A DNA stretch of 61,597 nt from an uncultured Candidatus Saccharibacteria bacterium (lineage in GTDB: Bacteria; Patescibacteriota; Minisyncoccia; Phycocordibacterales; PALSA-1337), in the NCBI GenBank assembly GCA_964450345.1, contig CAYVEL010000002.1, positions 1 through 61,597 on the forward strand, given 5' to 3'. Shown here piece by piece: positions 41,418-50,736 of this stretch (positions are counted from its first letter, which is position 1; every line of letters begins with the position of its first letter). The notes below the pieces were generated by a model that was not told where the DNA came from, did not search any database, and saw only the letters and a list, made by a program, of their open reading frames with translations. The translations under genes and the position numbers were made by a program.

Positions 41418-42026
41418 TTATCCTCTTATCTCAAGAAGGGTACCGCGACGACCTGGTACTGCTCCTTTAACTAATAAATAGTTGTTTGTAGGATCAACAT
41501 TCATTACTTTCAAACCCTGAACAGTAACTCTTGTTCCTCCCATTCTACCGGCCATTCGCATTGCCTTTGGAACTCTCGTTCTAAGACCGCTACCGATAGA
41601 ACCTGGCTCTCTTTCAGAGTGTTTCTGACCGTGAGTTCTAGGACCACCGCCGAAGCCGTGTCTCTTAACTACACCTTGGAAACCCTTACCCTTTGTGATA
41701 CCTGATATATTTACATATTCTCCAGGCTGGAAAACAGATAAATCTATTTTATCTCCTCTCTTAAGAGTAGTTTCTGAATCGAGAAGGAACTCCCTAAGGT
41801 GCGCGAATGCACCAAGGTCCTTAAGGTGTCCTTTCTCTGGTTTTGACAATTTATTCTCGCGCTTCACTCCTGAACCCAATTGCACCGCTACATAGCCTTC
41901 TTTCTCTTTAGATTTGACCTGTGTAACGGTGTTTGGAGCTACCTCAATGATCGTGACAGGGGTTACAACACCCTCGGCATCGAACATCTGTGCCATTTCT
42001 TTCTTAACACCGATTATGAATTTCAT
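41418..42026 (-). CDS. rplC: 50S ribosomal protein L3
   Basis: GITKGKGFQGVVKRHGFGGGPRTHGQ. Confidence 0.95.
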   Translation of the reverse strand: MKFIIGVKKEMAQMFDAEGVVTPVTIIEVAPNTVTQVKSKEKEGYVAVQLGSGVKRENKLSKPEKGHLKDLGAFAHLREFLLDSETTLKRGDKIDLSVFQPGEYVNISGITKGKGFQGVVKRHGFGGGPRTHGQKHSEREPGSIGSGLRTRVPKAMRMAGRMGGTRVTVQGLKVMNVDPTNNYLLVKGAVPGRRGTLLEIRG

Positions 42027-42030
42027 AGGA

Positions 42031-42393
42031 TTAGACCATCTTCACGTCAACGCTGACTCCTGATGGCATGCTTAAATTCGTAAGAGCCTCTATGATTTTC
42101 TGGTTTGGATTTAAGATATCGATAATTCTCTTATGAGTTCTCATCTCAAACTGTTCACGAGCGTTCTTGTGTACGAATGTTGATCTATTAACTGTGTACT
42201 TTTTAATTTCTGTTGGAAGAGGAATTGGTCCGTGGAACTGGACATCATACCTTACGGCTGTGTCCATGATCTGCTTCACGGATGCATCTAAGATTTTACT
42301 CTCATATGCCTTAACTCTAATTCTTAACTTAGAGATACCTTCTTCCTTTGAAAGCTTTACTTTTGCTGTCGTTTTCTTTGCATTAGCAGTCAT
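42031..42393 (-). CDS. rpsJ: 30S ribosomal protein S10 (short N-terminal extension)
   Basis: LRIRVKAYESKILD...GPIPLPT...FEMRTHKRIIDI. Confidence 0.9.
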   Translation of the reverse strand: MTANAKKTTAKVKLSKEEGISKLRIRVKAYESKILDASVKQIMDTAVRYDVQFHGPIPLPTEIKKYTVNRSTFVHKNAREQFEMRTHKRIIDILNPNQKIIEALTNLSMPSGVSVDVKMV

Positions 42394-42410
42394 TGGCGTA
42401 TTTGTAATTA

Positions 42411-43592
42411 TTAAGCGTTTATCTTAGTTACAACACCAGCTCCTACAGTCTTGCCTCCTTCACGGATAGCGAATCTCATCTTTTCTTCTAGAGCTACTGG
42501 AGCTACTAGCTTTACTTTGAATGTAACTGTATCACCTGGCATAACCATCTCTACACCTGCTGCTAGAGTTACTTCTCCAGTAACGTCTGTAGTTCTGATG
42601 TAGAACTGTGGCTTGTAACCATTGAAGAATGGGGTGTGTCTTCCTCCTTCTTCCTTCTTTAGAATGTAAACCTCGGCCTCGAAGTCTGTATGAGGCTTAA
42701 CAGAGCCAGTCTTTGCTAGAACCTGACCTCTGCTTACGTCTTCTTTTCTTGTACCTCTTAGAAGTAGACCTGCGTTATCACCGGCCTGACCTTCCTTAAG
42801 CTGCTTGTTAAACATTTCGATACCTGTAATAGCGGTCTTTGTTGTGTCTGTAAAACCAACGATTTCTACTTCGTCACCTAGTTTTATAACACCTCTTTCG
42901 ATACGACCTGTTACTACTGTTCCTCTACCTTCAATTGAGAAGATGTCCTCAATAGGCATTAGGAATGGCTTGTCTGTCTCACGAACTGGAGTAGGAATGT
43001 AAGTATCTAGAGCTGTCATAAGGTCCTTAATAGACTTTACCCACTCTGGCTTACCATCCATAGCACCTGTAGCTGAACCACGAATAACTGGAGCGTTAGC
43101 ACCGTCATACTGGTACTTTGTTAGAAGCTCTCTTGCTTCCTCTTCTACTAGGTCTACTAGTTCCTTATCTACTAGATCACACTTGTTTAGGAAAACTACG
43201 ATTCTTGGCACACCTACCTGACGTGCTAGAAGAACGTGTTCTCTTGACTGTGGCATAAGACCATCAGCTGCTGAAACTACAAGAATAGCACCGTCCATTT
43301 GAGCGGCACCTGTAATCATGTTCTTAATGTAATCTGCGTGTCCTGGAGCGTCGATGTGAGCATAGTGTCTTGCTTCAGACTCATACTCAACGTGCGCTAG
43401 AGAAATTGTAACAATCTTACTATCATCACGAACTGTACCACCCTTTGCGATATCAGCGTATGATTTAAGATTTGCTAGTCCATCCTTAGACTGTACTGCT
43501 AGGATAGATGTGGTAAGAGTTGTCTTACCATGGTCAACGTGGCCAATTGTACCAACGTTAACATGTGGCTTTGTTCTTATAAATTCTGCCAT
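42411..43592 (-). CDS. tuf: elongation factor Tu
   Basis: 393 aa: [23 protein letters not shown]. Confidence 0.97.
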   Translation of the reverse strand: MAEFIRTKPHVNVGTIGHVDHGKTTLTTSILAVQSKDGLANLKSYADIAKGGTVRDDSKIVTISLAHVEYESEARHYAHIDAPGHADYIKNMITGAAQMDGAILVVSAADGLMPQSREHVLLARQVGVPRIVVFLNKCDLVDKELVDLVEEEARELLTKYQYDGANAPVIRGSATGAMDGKPEWVKSIKDLMTALDTYIPTPVRETDKPFLMPIEDIFSIEGRGTVVTGRIERGVIKLGDEVEIVGFTDTTKTAITGIEMFNKQLKEGQAGDNAGLLLRGTRKEDVSRGQVLAKTGSVKPHTDFEAEVYILKKEEGGRHTPFFNGYKPQFYIRTTDVTGEVTLAAGVEMVMPGDTVTFKVKLVAPVALEEKMRFAIREGGKTVGAGVVTKINA

Positions 43593-43685
43593 ATTGGTTA
43601 ATGTTATTACTAATAATAATTGGCGTTTAATGATTATGTTTTCGAGGCCATAAAGAAAAAACGACGCTGTTTTTGCGTAACGCTC

Positions 43686-43713
43686 ATAATATCAAAGATA
43701 CGCGTATTGTCAA
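43686..43713 (-). promoter_or_regulatory. promoter TTGACA-16-TATTAT upstream of tuf
   Basis: On the minus strand, TTGACA is the complement of 43708-43713 and TATTAT is the complement of 43686-43691. It directly follows the terminator of the upstream inserted gene. Confidence 0.55.
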
Positions 43714-43740
43714 TAAAAAAGCCCTCTGTGGGGCTTCTTT
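43714..43740 (-). terminator. intrinsic terminator of ORF 43782-44732
   Basis: AAGCCC-loop-GGGCTT, followed on the minus strand by TTTTTTA. Confidence 0.6.
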
Positions 43741-43781
43741 ATTTATTAATATAGCTGTTTTATAGTAAAAACCTATAAAAC

Positions 43782-44732
43782 CTAGTCATCCTCTACCTCA
43801 TTTTCGACCTCCCCAGTCTCATCCTCACCATTATCCTCCACCTTGTCTATAGTAGATGAATTCTGTTCATCCCCATTTTTAATAAAGAAAGGTGCGCTTG
43901 TATTTACTTTTAATATATCAAAGCCTCCTTTTACATATTTAACACCAGCAACTTCTATAGTGAAACCCTTCATTCCAGCACTTAGAGCATCACTCATGAA
44001 TTTTTTAATTTCTGGAGTAATATTAATTACAGTTTCTACCTTGTAACTATTATCCCCAAGATTCTCCCCTTTTCCATAAGCTATCTGAGCAATACTTTCC
44101 ATAAACCATTCCTTAGAACCTCCAGCTCTAAGAGAAATCACATATCCTTCAACATTAGATAAATTAGATTTAAAAACTAACTCGATCTTTTCACCTAATT
44201 TATATTTCTTATCCTTTTCCGGCTTAATGATATTTAGAAATGCATTAATATTCGCATTGCTATTCGGTCCCCAGGAAGAAACAGTCGAAGACCCTATATT
44301 CTCAGGTAAATCAACTTGAGGTGTGTCACCATACGGATGACAGATCATTCCATTAATTTTTCCTCTAGTCATTGGACCAAAAAATCCAGTCATAGGAAGA
44401 CCGTTTTTACCTTGATATTTAACCACAGCAGCGGCGACATCTTCGTTAAAAGATTCACTTTGTGTGTTTAAAAGACCGATCTTATTTAGATAATAAGACA
44501 TTCTAGAAACATCTTGCCCCTTATCTCCAATTCTTAAATCTCTTTCAAATTTTATACAATCTGAAGTTTTGACCGGCTCCTTAACCAATACTTGAAGCTT
44601 AGCAGTCTGTTCATCTGAAAGACCTAATATTTTTGATATTTGCAATAACTCATTAGAAGTTAGAGCTTGAACACTGACTGCACTAAACAGAAAAGAAAAA
44701 GCCAAACCTAGAACTAATAATTTTTTCTTCAT
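43782..44732 (-). CDS. secreted protein with peptidoglycan-binding (PG_binding_1-like) domain and acidic tail
   Basis: Signal peptide MKKKLLVLGLAFSFLFSAVSVQA. GDKGQDVSRMSYYLNKIGLL...AAVVKYQGKNGLPMTGFFGPMT. C-terminal tail EDNGEDETGEVENEVEDD. Confidence 0.7.
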   Translation of the reverse strand: MKKKLLVLGLAFSFLFSAVSVQALTSNELLQISKILGLSDEQTAKLQVLVKEPVKTSDCIKFERDLRIGDKGQDVSRMSYYLNKIGLLNTQSESFNEDVAAAVVKYQGKNGLPMTGFFGPMTRGKINGMICHPYGDTPQVDLPENIGSSTVSSWGPNSNANINAFLNIIKPEKDKKYKLGEKIELVFKSNLSNVEGYVISLRAGGSKEWFMESIAQIAYGKGENLGDNSYKVETVINITPEIKKFMSDALSAGMKGFTIEVAGVKYVKGGFDILKVNTSAPFFIKNGDEQNSSTIDKVEDNGEDETGEVENEVEDD

Positions 44733-44846
44733 ATTTTATAAACAAAACATTTAAAGACCGTATTCGGTCTTCTATTAATAAGAGGTGGTTATGGAATAAT
44801 TATACCCTCGATGAAATATATAACAAGTCTTAGTTATTCACATAAC

Positions 44847-44881
44847 AAAACGCATATCTCAATGTAAAAGATATGCGTTTT
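44847..44881 (-). terminator. hairpin terminator after fusA
   Basis: AAAACGCATATCT / AGATATGCGTTTT 13-bp inverted repeat, 24 nt after the fusA stop. A second small hairpin AAGACCG-TATT-CGGTCTT lies at 44754-44771. Confidence 0.5.
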
Positions 44882-44904
44882 GTGTTTTAAACTATTTTTA
44901 ACGA

Positions 44905-47052
44905 TTACTTACCTCTTGCCTCTACGATTTCCTTCTCAACATTTGGTGGAACAACTGCGTAATGATCGAATTCCATGTTTGCATTACCACGACCTTCTGT
45001 TAGAGAACGAAGCTGTGTGGTATAACCGAACATTTCTGAAAGTGGAACTGTAGCTCTTACCACCTTTAGACCATTTCCTCTGTCGTCCATACCTAGAATC
45101 TGACCTCTCTTTGATGAAAGACTTCCGTTAATATCTCCCATGAACTTCTCAGGGAATGTAACTTCAATCTTCATAATAGGCTCTAGAATAACAGGCTTTG
45201 CTCTTCTACATGCTTCCTGGAAAGCCTGAGAAGCTGCGATCTTATAAGCGATTTCTGATGAGTCCACATCGTGGTATGAACCGAATGTAAGTTCACAAGA
45301 GATGTCCACCATCTTAAATCCTGCTAGAAGACCTCTGTCCATAGCTTCCTTAACTCCCTTCTCTACTGCTGGAATAAATTCCTGAGGAATTACTCCACCC
45401 TTAATAGAATCAATGAACTCAAAGTGATCATATCTGCTAACGTTCTTAGGAATCTTTGCTTCTGGATCAAGTTTCTCCATAGGCTTAAGAGTAAGTTTAA
45501 CGTGACCGTACTGACCCTTACCTCCTGACTGCTTAATGTATTTATGTTCTGCTTCAGCTGTACCAAGAATAGTTTCTCTGTATGCTACTTGTGGCTTACC
45601 AACATTAGCCTCAACGCTGAATTCTCTTTTCATTCTATCTACCATGATATCAAGGTGTAACTCACCCATACCTGAGATAATAGTTTCATTTGTCTCTGCG
45701 TTTGAAGAAACCTTAAATGTTGGATCCTCATCGGTAAGCTTCTTAAGAGCCATACCCATTTTCTCCTGGTCTGCCTTTGTCTTAGGTTCAATTCTTAGAG
45801 ATACCACTGGTTCAACGAACTTAATAGGATCTAGAATAATAGGATTTGCTTCATCACATAGAGTGTGTGAAGTCTTAGCACCCTTTAGACCTACAGCAGC
45901 TGCGATTTCTCCAGCATAAACTCTCTTAACCTCTTCTCTCTTATCTGCCTGAAGTCTAACGATACGTCCTAGTCTCTCTTTTTCACCTGTTGTTACGTTA
46001 TAGATATAAGTACCAGCATCAATGAAACCTGAGTAAACACGGAAGAATGTAAGCTGACCTACGAATGGATCGTTCTGAAGCTTGAAAGCAAGAGCAGAAA
46101 AAGGTTCTGTATCAGAAGCATGTCTCTCTATATGATCTCCTGTATGTGGATCAATACCATGAACTGCAGGAATATCTAGAGGAGATGGAAGATAGTCTAC
46201 CACTGCATCTAGAACTAACTGTACTCCCTTGTTCTTAAGAGCAGAACCTGTGAATACTGGGAAAATCTTACAAGCAATAACAGCCTTTCTTAAAGCAGCC
46301 TTTAGTTCATCTACTGAAAATTCCTTACCGTCTAGATAACCCTGCATTAGTACATCGTCAGTTTCAGAAATCTTTTCTACTAGAATAGCTCTGTATTTCT
46401 TTGCTTCTTCTACGTATTCTGCTGGAATTTCTAATTCAATAACGTTAATACCCTTTTCACCTTCGAAGTTATAAGCCTTCATTTTTAGAAGATCTATAAC
46501 ACCGCTGTGATTTTCTTCTGTACCAATAGGAATCTGCATTCTTACTGCATTCTTATTTAGTCTGTCTAGAATTGATTGGAATGAGTTTTCGAAAGAAGCA
46601 CCCATTCTGTCTAGTTTGTTGATGAAACAGATACGAGGAACATTTCCTTCATCGGCATATCTCCAGTTTGTTTCTGACTGAGGTTCTACTCCGGCTACTC
46701 CATCGAATACCACTACTGCTCCGTCTAGCACTCTTAGTGATCTCTTTACTTCAGCTGTGAAGTCAATGTGACCAGGTGTATCAATAACATTGAAACGAAC
46801 CTTCTTTGAAGTGTCCTTTCCCATGTATGTAGGATTCCAGAAACAAGTAATAGCAGCTGCGGTAATTGTGATACCACGCTCTCTTTCCTGTTCCATCCAG
46901 TCAGTAACAGTAGCACCATCGTGCACCTCACCGATCTTATGAATCATACCTGTATAATAAAGAATTCTTTCGGAAGTTGTAGTTTTACCCGCATCAATGT
47001 GCGCAATAACTCCGAAGTTTCTTACTCTCTCCAATGGATAGTCTCTTTGCAT
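44905..47052 (-). CDS. fusA: elongation factor G
   Basis: 715 aa: AHIDAGKTTTSERIL, DTPGHIDF, NKLD. Confidence 0.97.
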   Translation of the reverse strand: MQRDYPLERVRNFGVIAHIDAGKTTTSERILYYTGMIHKIGEVHDGATVTDWMEQERERGITITAAAITCFWNPTYMGKDTSKKVRFNVIDTPGHIDFTAEVKRSLRVLDGAVVVFDGVAGVEPQSETNWRYADEGNVPRICFINKLDRMGASFENSFQSILDRLNKNAVRMQIPIGTEENHSGVIDLLKMKAYNFEGEKGINVIELEIPAEYVEEAKKYRAILVEKISETDDVLMQGYLDGKEFSVDELKAALRKAVIACKIFPVFTGSALKNKGVQLVLDAVVDYLPSPLDIPAVHGIDPHTGDHIERHASDTEPFSALAFKLQNDPFVGQLTFFRVYSGFIDAGTYIYNVTTGEKERLGRIVRLQADKREEVKRVYAGEIAAAVGLKGAKTSHTLCDEANPIILDPIKFVEPVVSLRIEPKTKADQEKMGMALKKLTDEDPTFKVSSNAETNETIISGMGELHLDIMVDRMKREFSVEANVGKPQVAYRETILGTAEAEHKYIKQSGGKGQYGHVKLTLKPMEKLDPEAKIPKNVSRYDHFEFIDSIKGGVIPQEFIPAVEKGVKEAMDRGLLAGFKMVDISCELTFGSYHDVDSSEIAYKIAASQAFQEACRRAKPVILEPIMKIEVTFPEKFMGDINGSLSSKRGQILGMDDRGNGLKVVRATVPLSEMFGYTTQLRSLTEGRGNANMEFDHYAVVPPNVEKEIVEARGK

Positions 47053-47162
47053 ATAATATTAAAATTGCTTGTTAGCGAATGTGTTAAAGATATTACTATA
47101 GTTACGCCAAAAAGTCTATATTTTTATATACTCATTTAACGAATTTTGTTCTAATAGAAAAA

Positions 47163-47220
47163 TTAAAAGACCTCCTTTTCGAGAGACTTACAATCGTCTC
47201 AAGAAAAGGAGGTCTTTTAA
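47163..47220 (+). repeat. two-tier hairpin, family copy 4 (19-mer at 47182-47200)
   Basis: 17-bp basal stem TTAAAAGACCTCCTTTT / AAAAGGAGGTCTTTTAA around CGAGAGACTTACAATCGTCTCAAG, in the rpsG-fusA spacer. Confidence 0.8.
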
Positions 47221-47227
47221 TTTTAGT

Positions 47228-47698
47228 TTACCAAGCGAAATGAGCAAATGCCTTGTTAGCTTCTGCCATTTTATGAGTGTTTTCTCTCTTCTTTACTGCT
47301 TCACCTTCATTCTTAGATGCAGCGATAATTTCATCTGAAAGTTTGATATGCATTGGCTTGCCTTTCTTGCTTCTAGCAGCTTCAATGATCCATTTCATAC
47401 CCATAGCGAGTCTTCTTTCTGGGCGTACTTCTCTAGGAACTTGATAGTTTGCACCACCAACTCTTCTAGATCTTACTTCCATAACTGGAGCTGCATTTTT
47501 AAGTGCTGCTTCAATAACTTCTATTGGATCTTCAACCTTAGCTTTGGTCTTAATCTCTTCTAGAGCTGCGTAAACTACTTTTCTGGCGGTATTTTTCTTA
47601 CCTGATTCCATTACGTAGTTAATTAGCTTACCAATCTTCTCGTTCTTATAAACGAGGTCTGGTTTAACTATATTTCTATTTCTTACTGGTCTTCTCAT
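47228..47698 (-). CDS. rpsG: 30S ribosomal protein S7
   Basis: KLINYVMESGKKNTARKVVY...EVRSRRVGGANYQVP. Confidence 0.95.
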   Translation of the reverse strand: MRRPVRNRNIVKPDLVYKNEKIGKLINYVMESGKKNTARKVVYAALEEIKTKAKVEDPIEVIEAALKNAAPVMEVRSRRVGGANYQVPREVRPERRLAMGMKWIIEAARSKKGKPMHIKLSDEIIAASKNEGEAVKKRENTHKMAEANKAFAHFAW

Positions 47699-47729
47699 TT
47701 TATTTAAAGTTTATCTTTATGATTTCAGA

Positions 47730-48149
47730 TTATTTCTTAGCAGCCTTTGGCTTCTTTGCTCCGTACTGGCTTCTTCCCTTCATTCTGCCTTCTACTCCTG
47801 ATGCATCGAATTTTCCACGTACTACTGTATATCTTAGTCCTACATCCTTTACACGACCACCTCTTAACTGAACTACTGAGTGTTCCTGTAGGTTGTGTCC
47901 AATACCTGGAATATAAGCTGTAACTTCCATACCATTACTTAGTCTTACTCTGGCAATCTTTCTGATAGCTGAGTTAGGCTTCTTAGGAGTCTTTGTAGTT
48001 ACCTTTGTACATACACCTCTCTTAAATGGTGCATTATAAAAAGTAGGTCTGTTGCTGATAGCATTGAAACCCTTAGTTAAAGCTACAGACTTAGATCTTC
48101 TTTTAGTCTGTACTCTGTTTCTTTTGATTAACTGATTAAGTGTAGGCAC
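47730..48149 (-). CDS. rpsL: 30S ribosomal protein S12
   Basis: PTLNQLIK...[18 protein letters not shown]. The start codon is GTG (complement of 48147-48149). Confidence 0.95.
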   Translation of the reverse strand: MPTLNQLIKRNRVQTKRRSKSVALTKGFNAISNRPTFYNAPFKRGVCTKVTTKTPKKPNSAIRKIARVRLSNGMEVTAYIPGIGHNLQEHSVVQLRGGRVKDVGLRYTVVRGKFDASGVEGRMKGRSQYGAKKPKAAKK

Positions 48150-48201
48150 GGTTAAATTGTTTTAATATAATTAAAAATTGCTTTAGTTAAAGCGTCAGAA
48201 G

Positions 48202-48230
48202 AATATAGCAACTCAAGCTTAAAATGTCAA
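48202..48230 (-). promoter_or_regulatory. near-consensus promoter TTGACA-17-TATATT upstream of rpsL
   Basis: On the minus strand, TTGACA is the complement of 48225-48230 and TATATT is the complement of 48202-48207, with a 17-nt spacer. Confidence 0.6.
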
Positions 48231-48271
48231 TCTCTTATACCACTTATTAGTAATATTTTTAAACTGCCAGA

Positions 48272-48913
48272 CTATAATCCAATATCAAAACCCATAATTA
48301 TTTTAAACAATCTAGAAATTATAGGATTTAGAAAGGCTACTCCAAATATGATAAATAAAAATAGTATTGGTAATGAATACTTTTCATAATAGGGTCTTAT
48401 TTTATAGAAAAACTTAGGAAAAAGGTTAAATAAGACCTTAGAACCATCTAAAGGAGCCACTGGAATAAGGTTAAAAACGCACAATAGTAGATTAATTACA
48501 ACTATAGCAACTAGGAATTTAATTGTAGCTAGTGATAAAGATGCATACATTATTCTAAAGACAATGCCTGTAATGATAGCTAGAAGTAGATTCGTAGCCG
48601 GACCAGCTAAAGCTATAGTGAGCTCTCCCCATCTAAGATTCTTTAGATTATTTGGATTATATTGAACAGGCTTTGCCCAACCAAAAGCACCAAAACCTGT
48701 AAGAGATGTAACCAAAGGAACTATCAATGACCCCACAAAGTCTAGATGCTTCACTGGATTAATAGTTAGCCTACCTTGAAGTTCTGGTGTATCATCACCC
48801 CATGCCACCGCTGTATAACCATGAGCGAGCTCATGAATTACAAGTGACATTATTGTAATAATAATAAAAATAATTGTATCCATACTTGCAATATTGCTAA
48901 TGTATGATAACAT
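48272..48913 (-). CDS. site-2 protease family (M50) membrane metalloprotease
   Basis: HELAHG zinc motif in a TM helix, a later NLIPVAPLDGS motif, and multiple TM helices. The start is set at 48913 (or 48883) so that it does not overlap the divergent rpmB. Confidence 0.75.
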   Translation of the reverse strand: MLSYISNIASMDTIIFIIITIMSLVIHELAHGYTAVAWGDDTPELQGRLTINPVKHLDFVGSLIVPLVTSLTGFGAFGWAKPVQYNPNNLKNLRWGELTIALAGPATNLLLAIITGIVFRIMYASLSLATIKFLVAIVVINLLLCVFNLIPVAPLDGSKVLFNLFPKFFYKIRPYYEKYSLPILFLFIIFGVAFLNPIISRLFKIIMGFDIGL

Positions 48914-48933
48914 ATTGCAACTAATAAACACAT

Positions 48934-49179
48934 ATGGCAAAAGTCTGCGCAGTAACAAAAAAGAGTTCAATAAATGGCGGGGGTTATTCAAACAGAACCC
49001 GTGCTACTCAATTTAACCCTACAGGAAAGGTTAGAAGATATGCTAATCTTCAGCCAAAGAAAATCTACGTTCCTGAACTAAAGAAAACTTTCATTCTTAG
49101 TCTTTCAGCACGTGCTATTAAGACTATTAATAAGAACGGAGCATTTCAGACACTAAAGAAAGCAGGAGTAATTAAGTAA
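48934..49179 (+). CDS. rpmB: 50S ribosomal protein L28
   Basis: MAKVCAVTKKSSINGGGYSNRTRATQF...N. 81 aa. Confidence 0.85.
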   Translation: MAKVCAVTKKSSINGGGYSNRTRATQFNPTGKVRRYANLQPKKIYVPELKKTFILSLSARAIKTINKNGAFQTLKKAGVIK

Positions 49180-49192
49180 TCTAAATTTAAAT

Positions 49193-49229
49193 ACAACAAA
49201 AAACCGGCCAGATGCCGGTTTTTTGTTGT
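49193..49229. terminator. bidirectional terminator
   Basis: ACAACAAAAAACCGGC-loop-GCCGGTTTTTTGTTGT between the convergent rpmB and the MBL-domain gene. Confidence 0.65.
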
Positions 49230-49234
49230 ATTTA

Positions 49235-50089
49235 CTATATATTTATAACAATATCCCCTCTCTCGGCAGTATTTAATATTTTTACATTATTATCTTTCAA
49301 AACATCTAATGTTTCTTTATTTGGATGACCATATCTATTATTTTTCCCAGCAGAAATAATAGCCATACCCCCACCGAACTCTTTAATCCATTTTTTATCA
49401 GAAGAAGTTTTAGAACCGTGATGCCCTACGACTATATATTCTGTTTTTACATAATCCAAAATCTTTGACAAATACCTCTCAATCTTTTTGGGAGAGTCTC
49501 CCATGAAAGTAATAATATTTTTTCTAAAATCAGAAACTGAGTCTTTACTTAATCTAAGTATTAATGAGGAATCATTTACTTTATACCCATTCATTTGTCT
49601 ATCAGGGAAAAGAATATCTAAAGAAAAATCATCAAATCTAAGACTTTTACCTAAATAGCCATGAACTATTCCGGTACCGGTACGACGAAAACACGAGATC
49701 ATATCATTAAAAGATTCTTTATTATCACTTTTTGGCGGAATAACTAATAGGCCAACATCATATCTCCCACATAGATCAATAAAGCCAAAGTAATGATCCT
49801 TATCTGCATTAGTAACCACAAGTGCACTTATGTCTCTCTTCCAGAATGGTAGATATTTACCAATTTTCCTAATCAGAGAGTTATCTGGTCCACCGTCTAT
49901 AATCACAATGTCTTTTGGTGATAGGTCTAAAAGATTGGAACTGCCCTGCCCAATGTCTAATACGACAGCCTTCGGAATGAAATTAAAATACCTACTATAT
50001 ATAGAATACGAAACAGATACCATAGATATAATAAGGACTATATATACTAAGTAACCATAACGATTAGCCATGATATTTAATTTATCCAT
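49235..50089 (-). CDS. ComEC C-terminal-type metallo-beta-lactamase domain protein (stand-alone)
   Basis: N-terminal TM helix, then VVLDIGQGSSNLL...IIDGGPD, NADKDHYFG, VGHHGS and NRYGHP. This is the pattern of the ComEC/Rec2 MBL nuclease module. Confidence 0.7.
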   Translation of the reverse strand: MDKLNIMANRYGYLVYIVLIISMVSVSYSIYSRYFNFIPKAVVLDIGQGSSNLLDLSPKDIVIIDGGPDNSLIRKIGKYLPFWKRDISALVVTNADKDHYFGFIDLCGRYDVGLLVIPPKSDNKESFNDMISCFRRTGTGIVHGYLGKSLRFDDFSLDILFPDRQMNGYKVNDSSLILRLSKDSVSDFRKNIITFMGDSPKKIERYLSKILDYVKTEYIVVGHHGSKTSSDKKWIKEFGGGMAIISAGKNNRYGHPNKETLDVLKDNNVKILNTAERGDIVINI

Positions 50090-50148
50090 TAGCCGAGTGT
50101 ACTATATAGATATATAATTCTAATAAAGAAATATAAAATAAAAATCAA

Positions 50149-50730
50149 ATGACTCAATTCATAGAAAAGAAATTTAATATCCCTGAACTTAAAGGAATAT
50201 CTAAGAAAAACATAGACGAACATCTAGGTCTTTATTCTGGATATGTTAAAAACACTAATAATGTTTTAAATAAGATTAACGAACTTTCTGCAGACACAGA
50301 AAAAAATCTATACCTTATAGGAGAACTTGGAAGAAGGTTTTCTTTCGAATATAACGGTATCAAAAACCATGAATTATATTTTTCACAGTTAGAGGGAGGT
50401 TCCGTCGCTTTGGAAAAAGAATCTGAATTGTCTAAAAAAATATCAGAACAATTCGGAAGTTTTGAAAATTGGATTTCAAAATTTAAAACTTTAGCAATGA
50501 CTCGTGGAATTGGATGGGCAATGTTATATCACGATAAAGAAACTGACACCTTAATTAACTCTTGGGTAGATGAACAGCATTTAGGTCAGCTTCAGGGACT
50601 CTCTCCTATTTTTGCATTAGACATGTGGGAACATTCTTATGTAGCGGATTACAATCCAAGTGGAAAGAAAAAATATATCGAAGATTATTTAGAGAATGTA
50701 AACTGGAAAATAGTTTCTGAAAGATTTTAA
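50149..50730 (+). CDS. Fe/Mn superoxide dismutase family protein
   Basis: NHELYF and DMWEHSYV (D-x-W-E-H) metal-ligand motifs, and an N-terminal IDEH ligand context. 193 aa. Confidence 0.75.
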   Translation: MTQFIEKKFNIPELKGISKKNIDEHLGLYSGYVKNTNNVLNKINELSADTEKNLYLIGELGRRFSFEYNGIKNHELYFSQLEGGSVALEKESELSKKISEQFGSFENWISKFKTLAMTRGIGWAMLYHDKETDTLINSWVDEQHLGQLQGLSPIFALDMWEHSYVADYNPSGKKKYIEDYLENVNWKIVSERF

Positions 50731-50736
50731 ACCGTC

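Noticed and set aside
41935-41960. A near-match to the SOS box (GAACATCTGTGC) inside rplC, and GAACCGCCGTTA inside the pilin gene near 8468.
   Set aside because: Each has a mismatch in the conserved GTTC arm and lies inside a coding sequence far from any promoter. They are probably chance occurrences.
34750-47563. Antisense or overlapping ORFs in the S10/str region: 34750-34974, 35214-35429, 36305-36520, 36585-36848, 39354-39584, 39542-39769, 39881-40081, 40505-40768, 41695-41895, 42167-42427, 42805-43002, 45536-45919, 46746-46931, 46921-47139 and 47348-47563.
   Set aside because: They are shadow ORFs opposite ribosomal-protein or EF genes. ORF 39354-39584 additionally runs through the rplB terminator.
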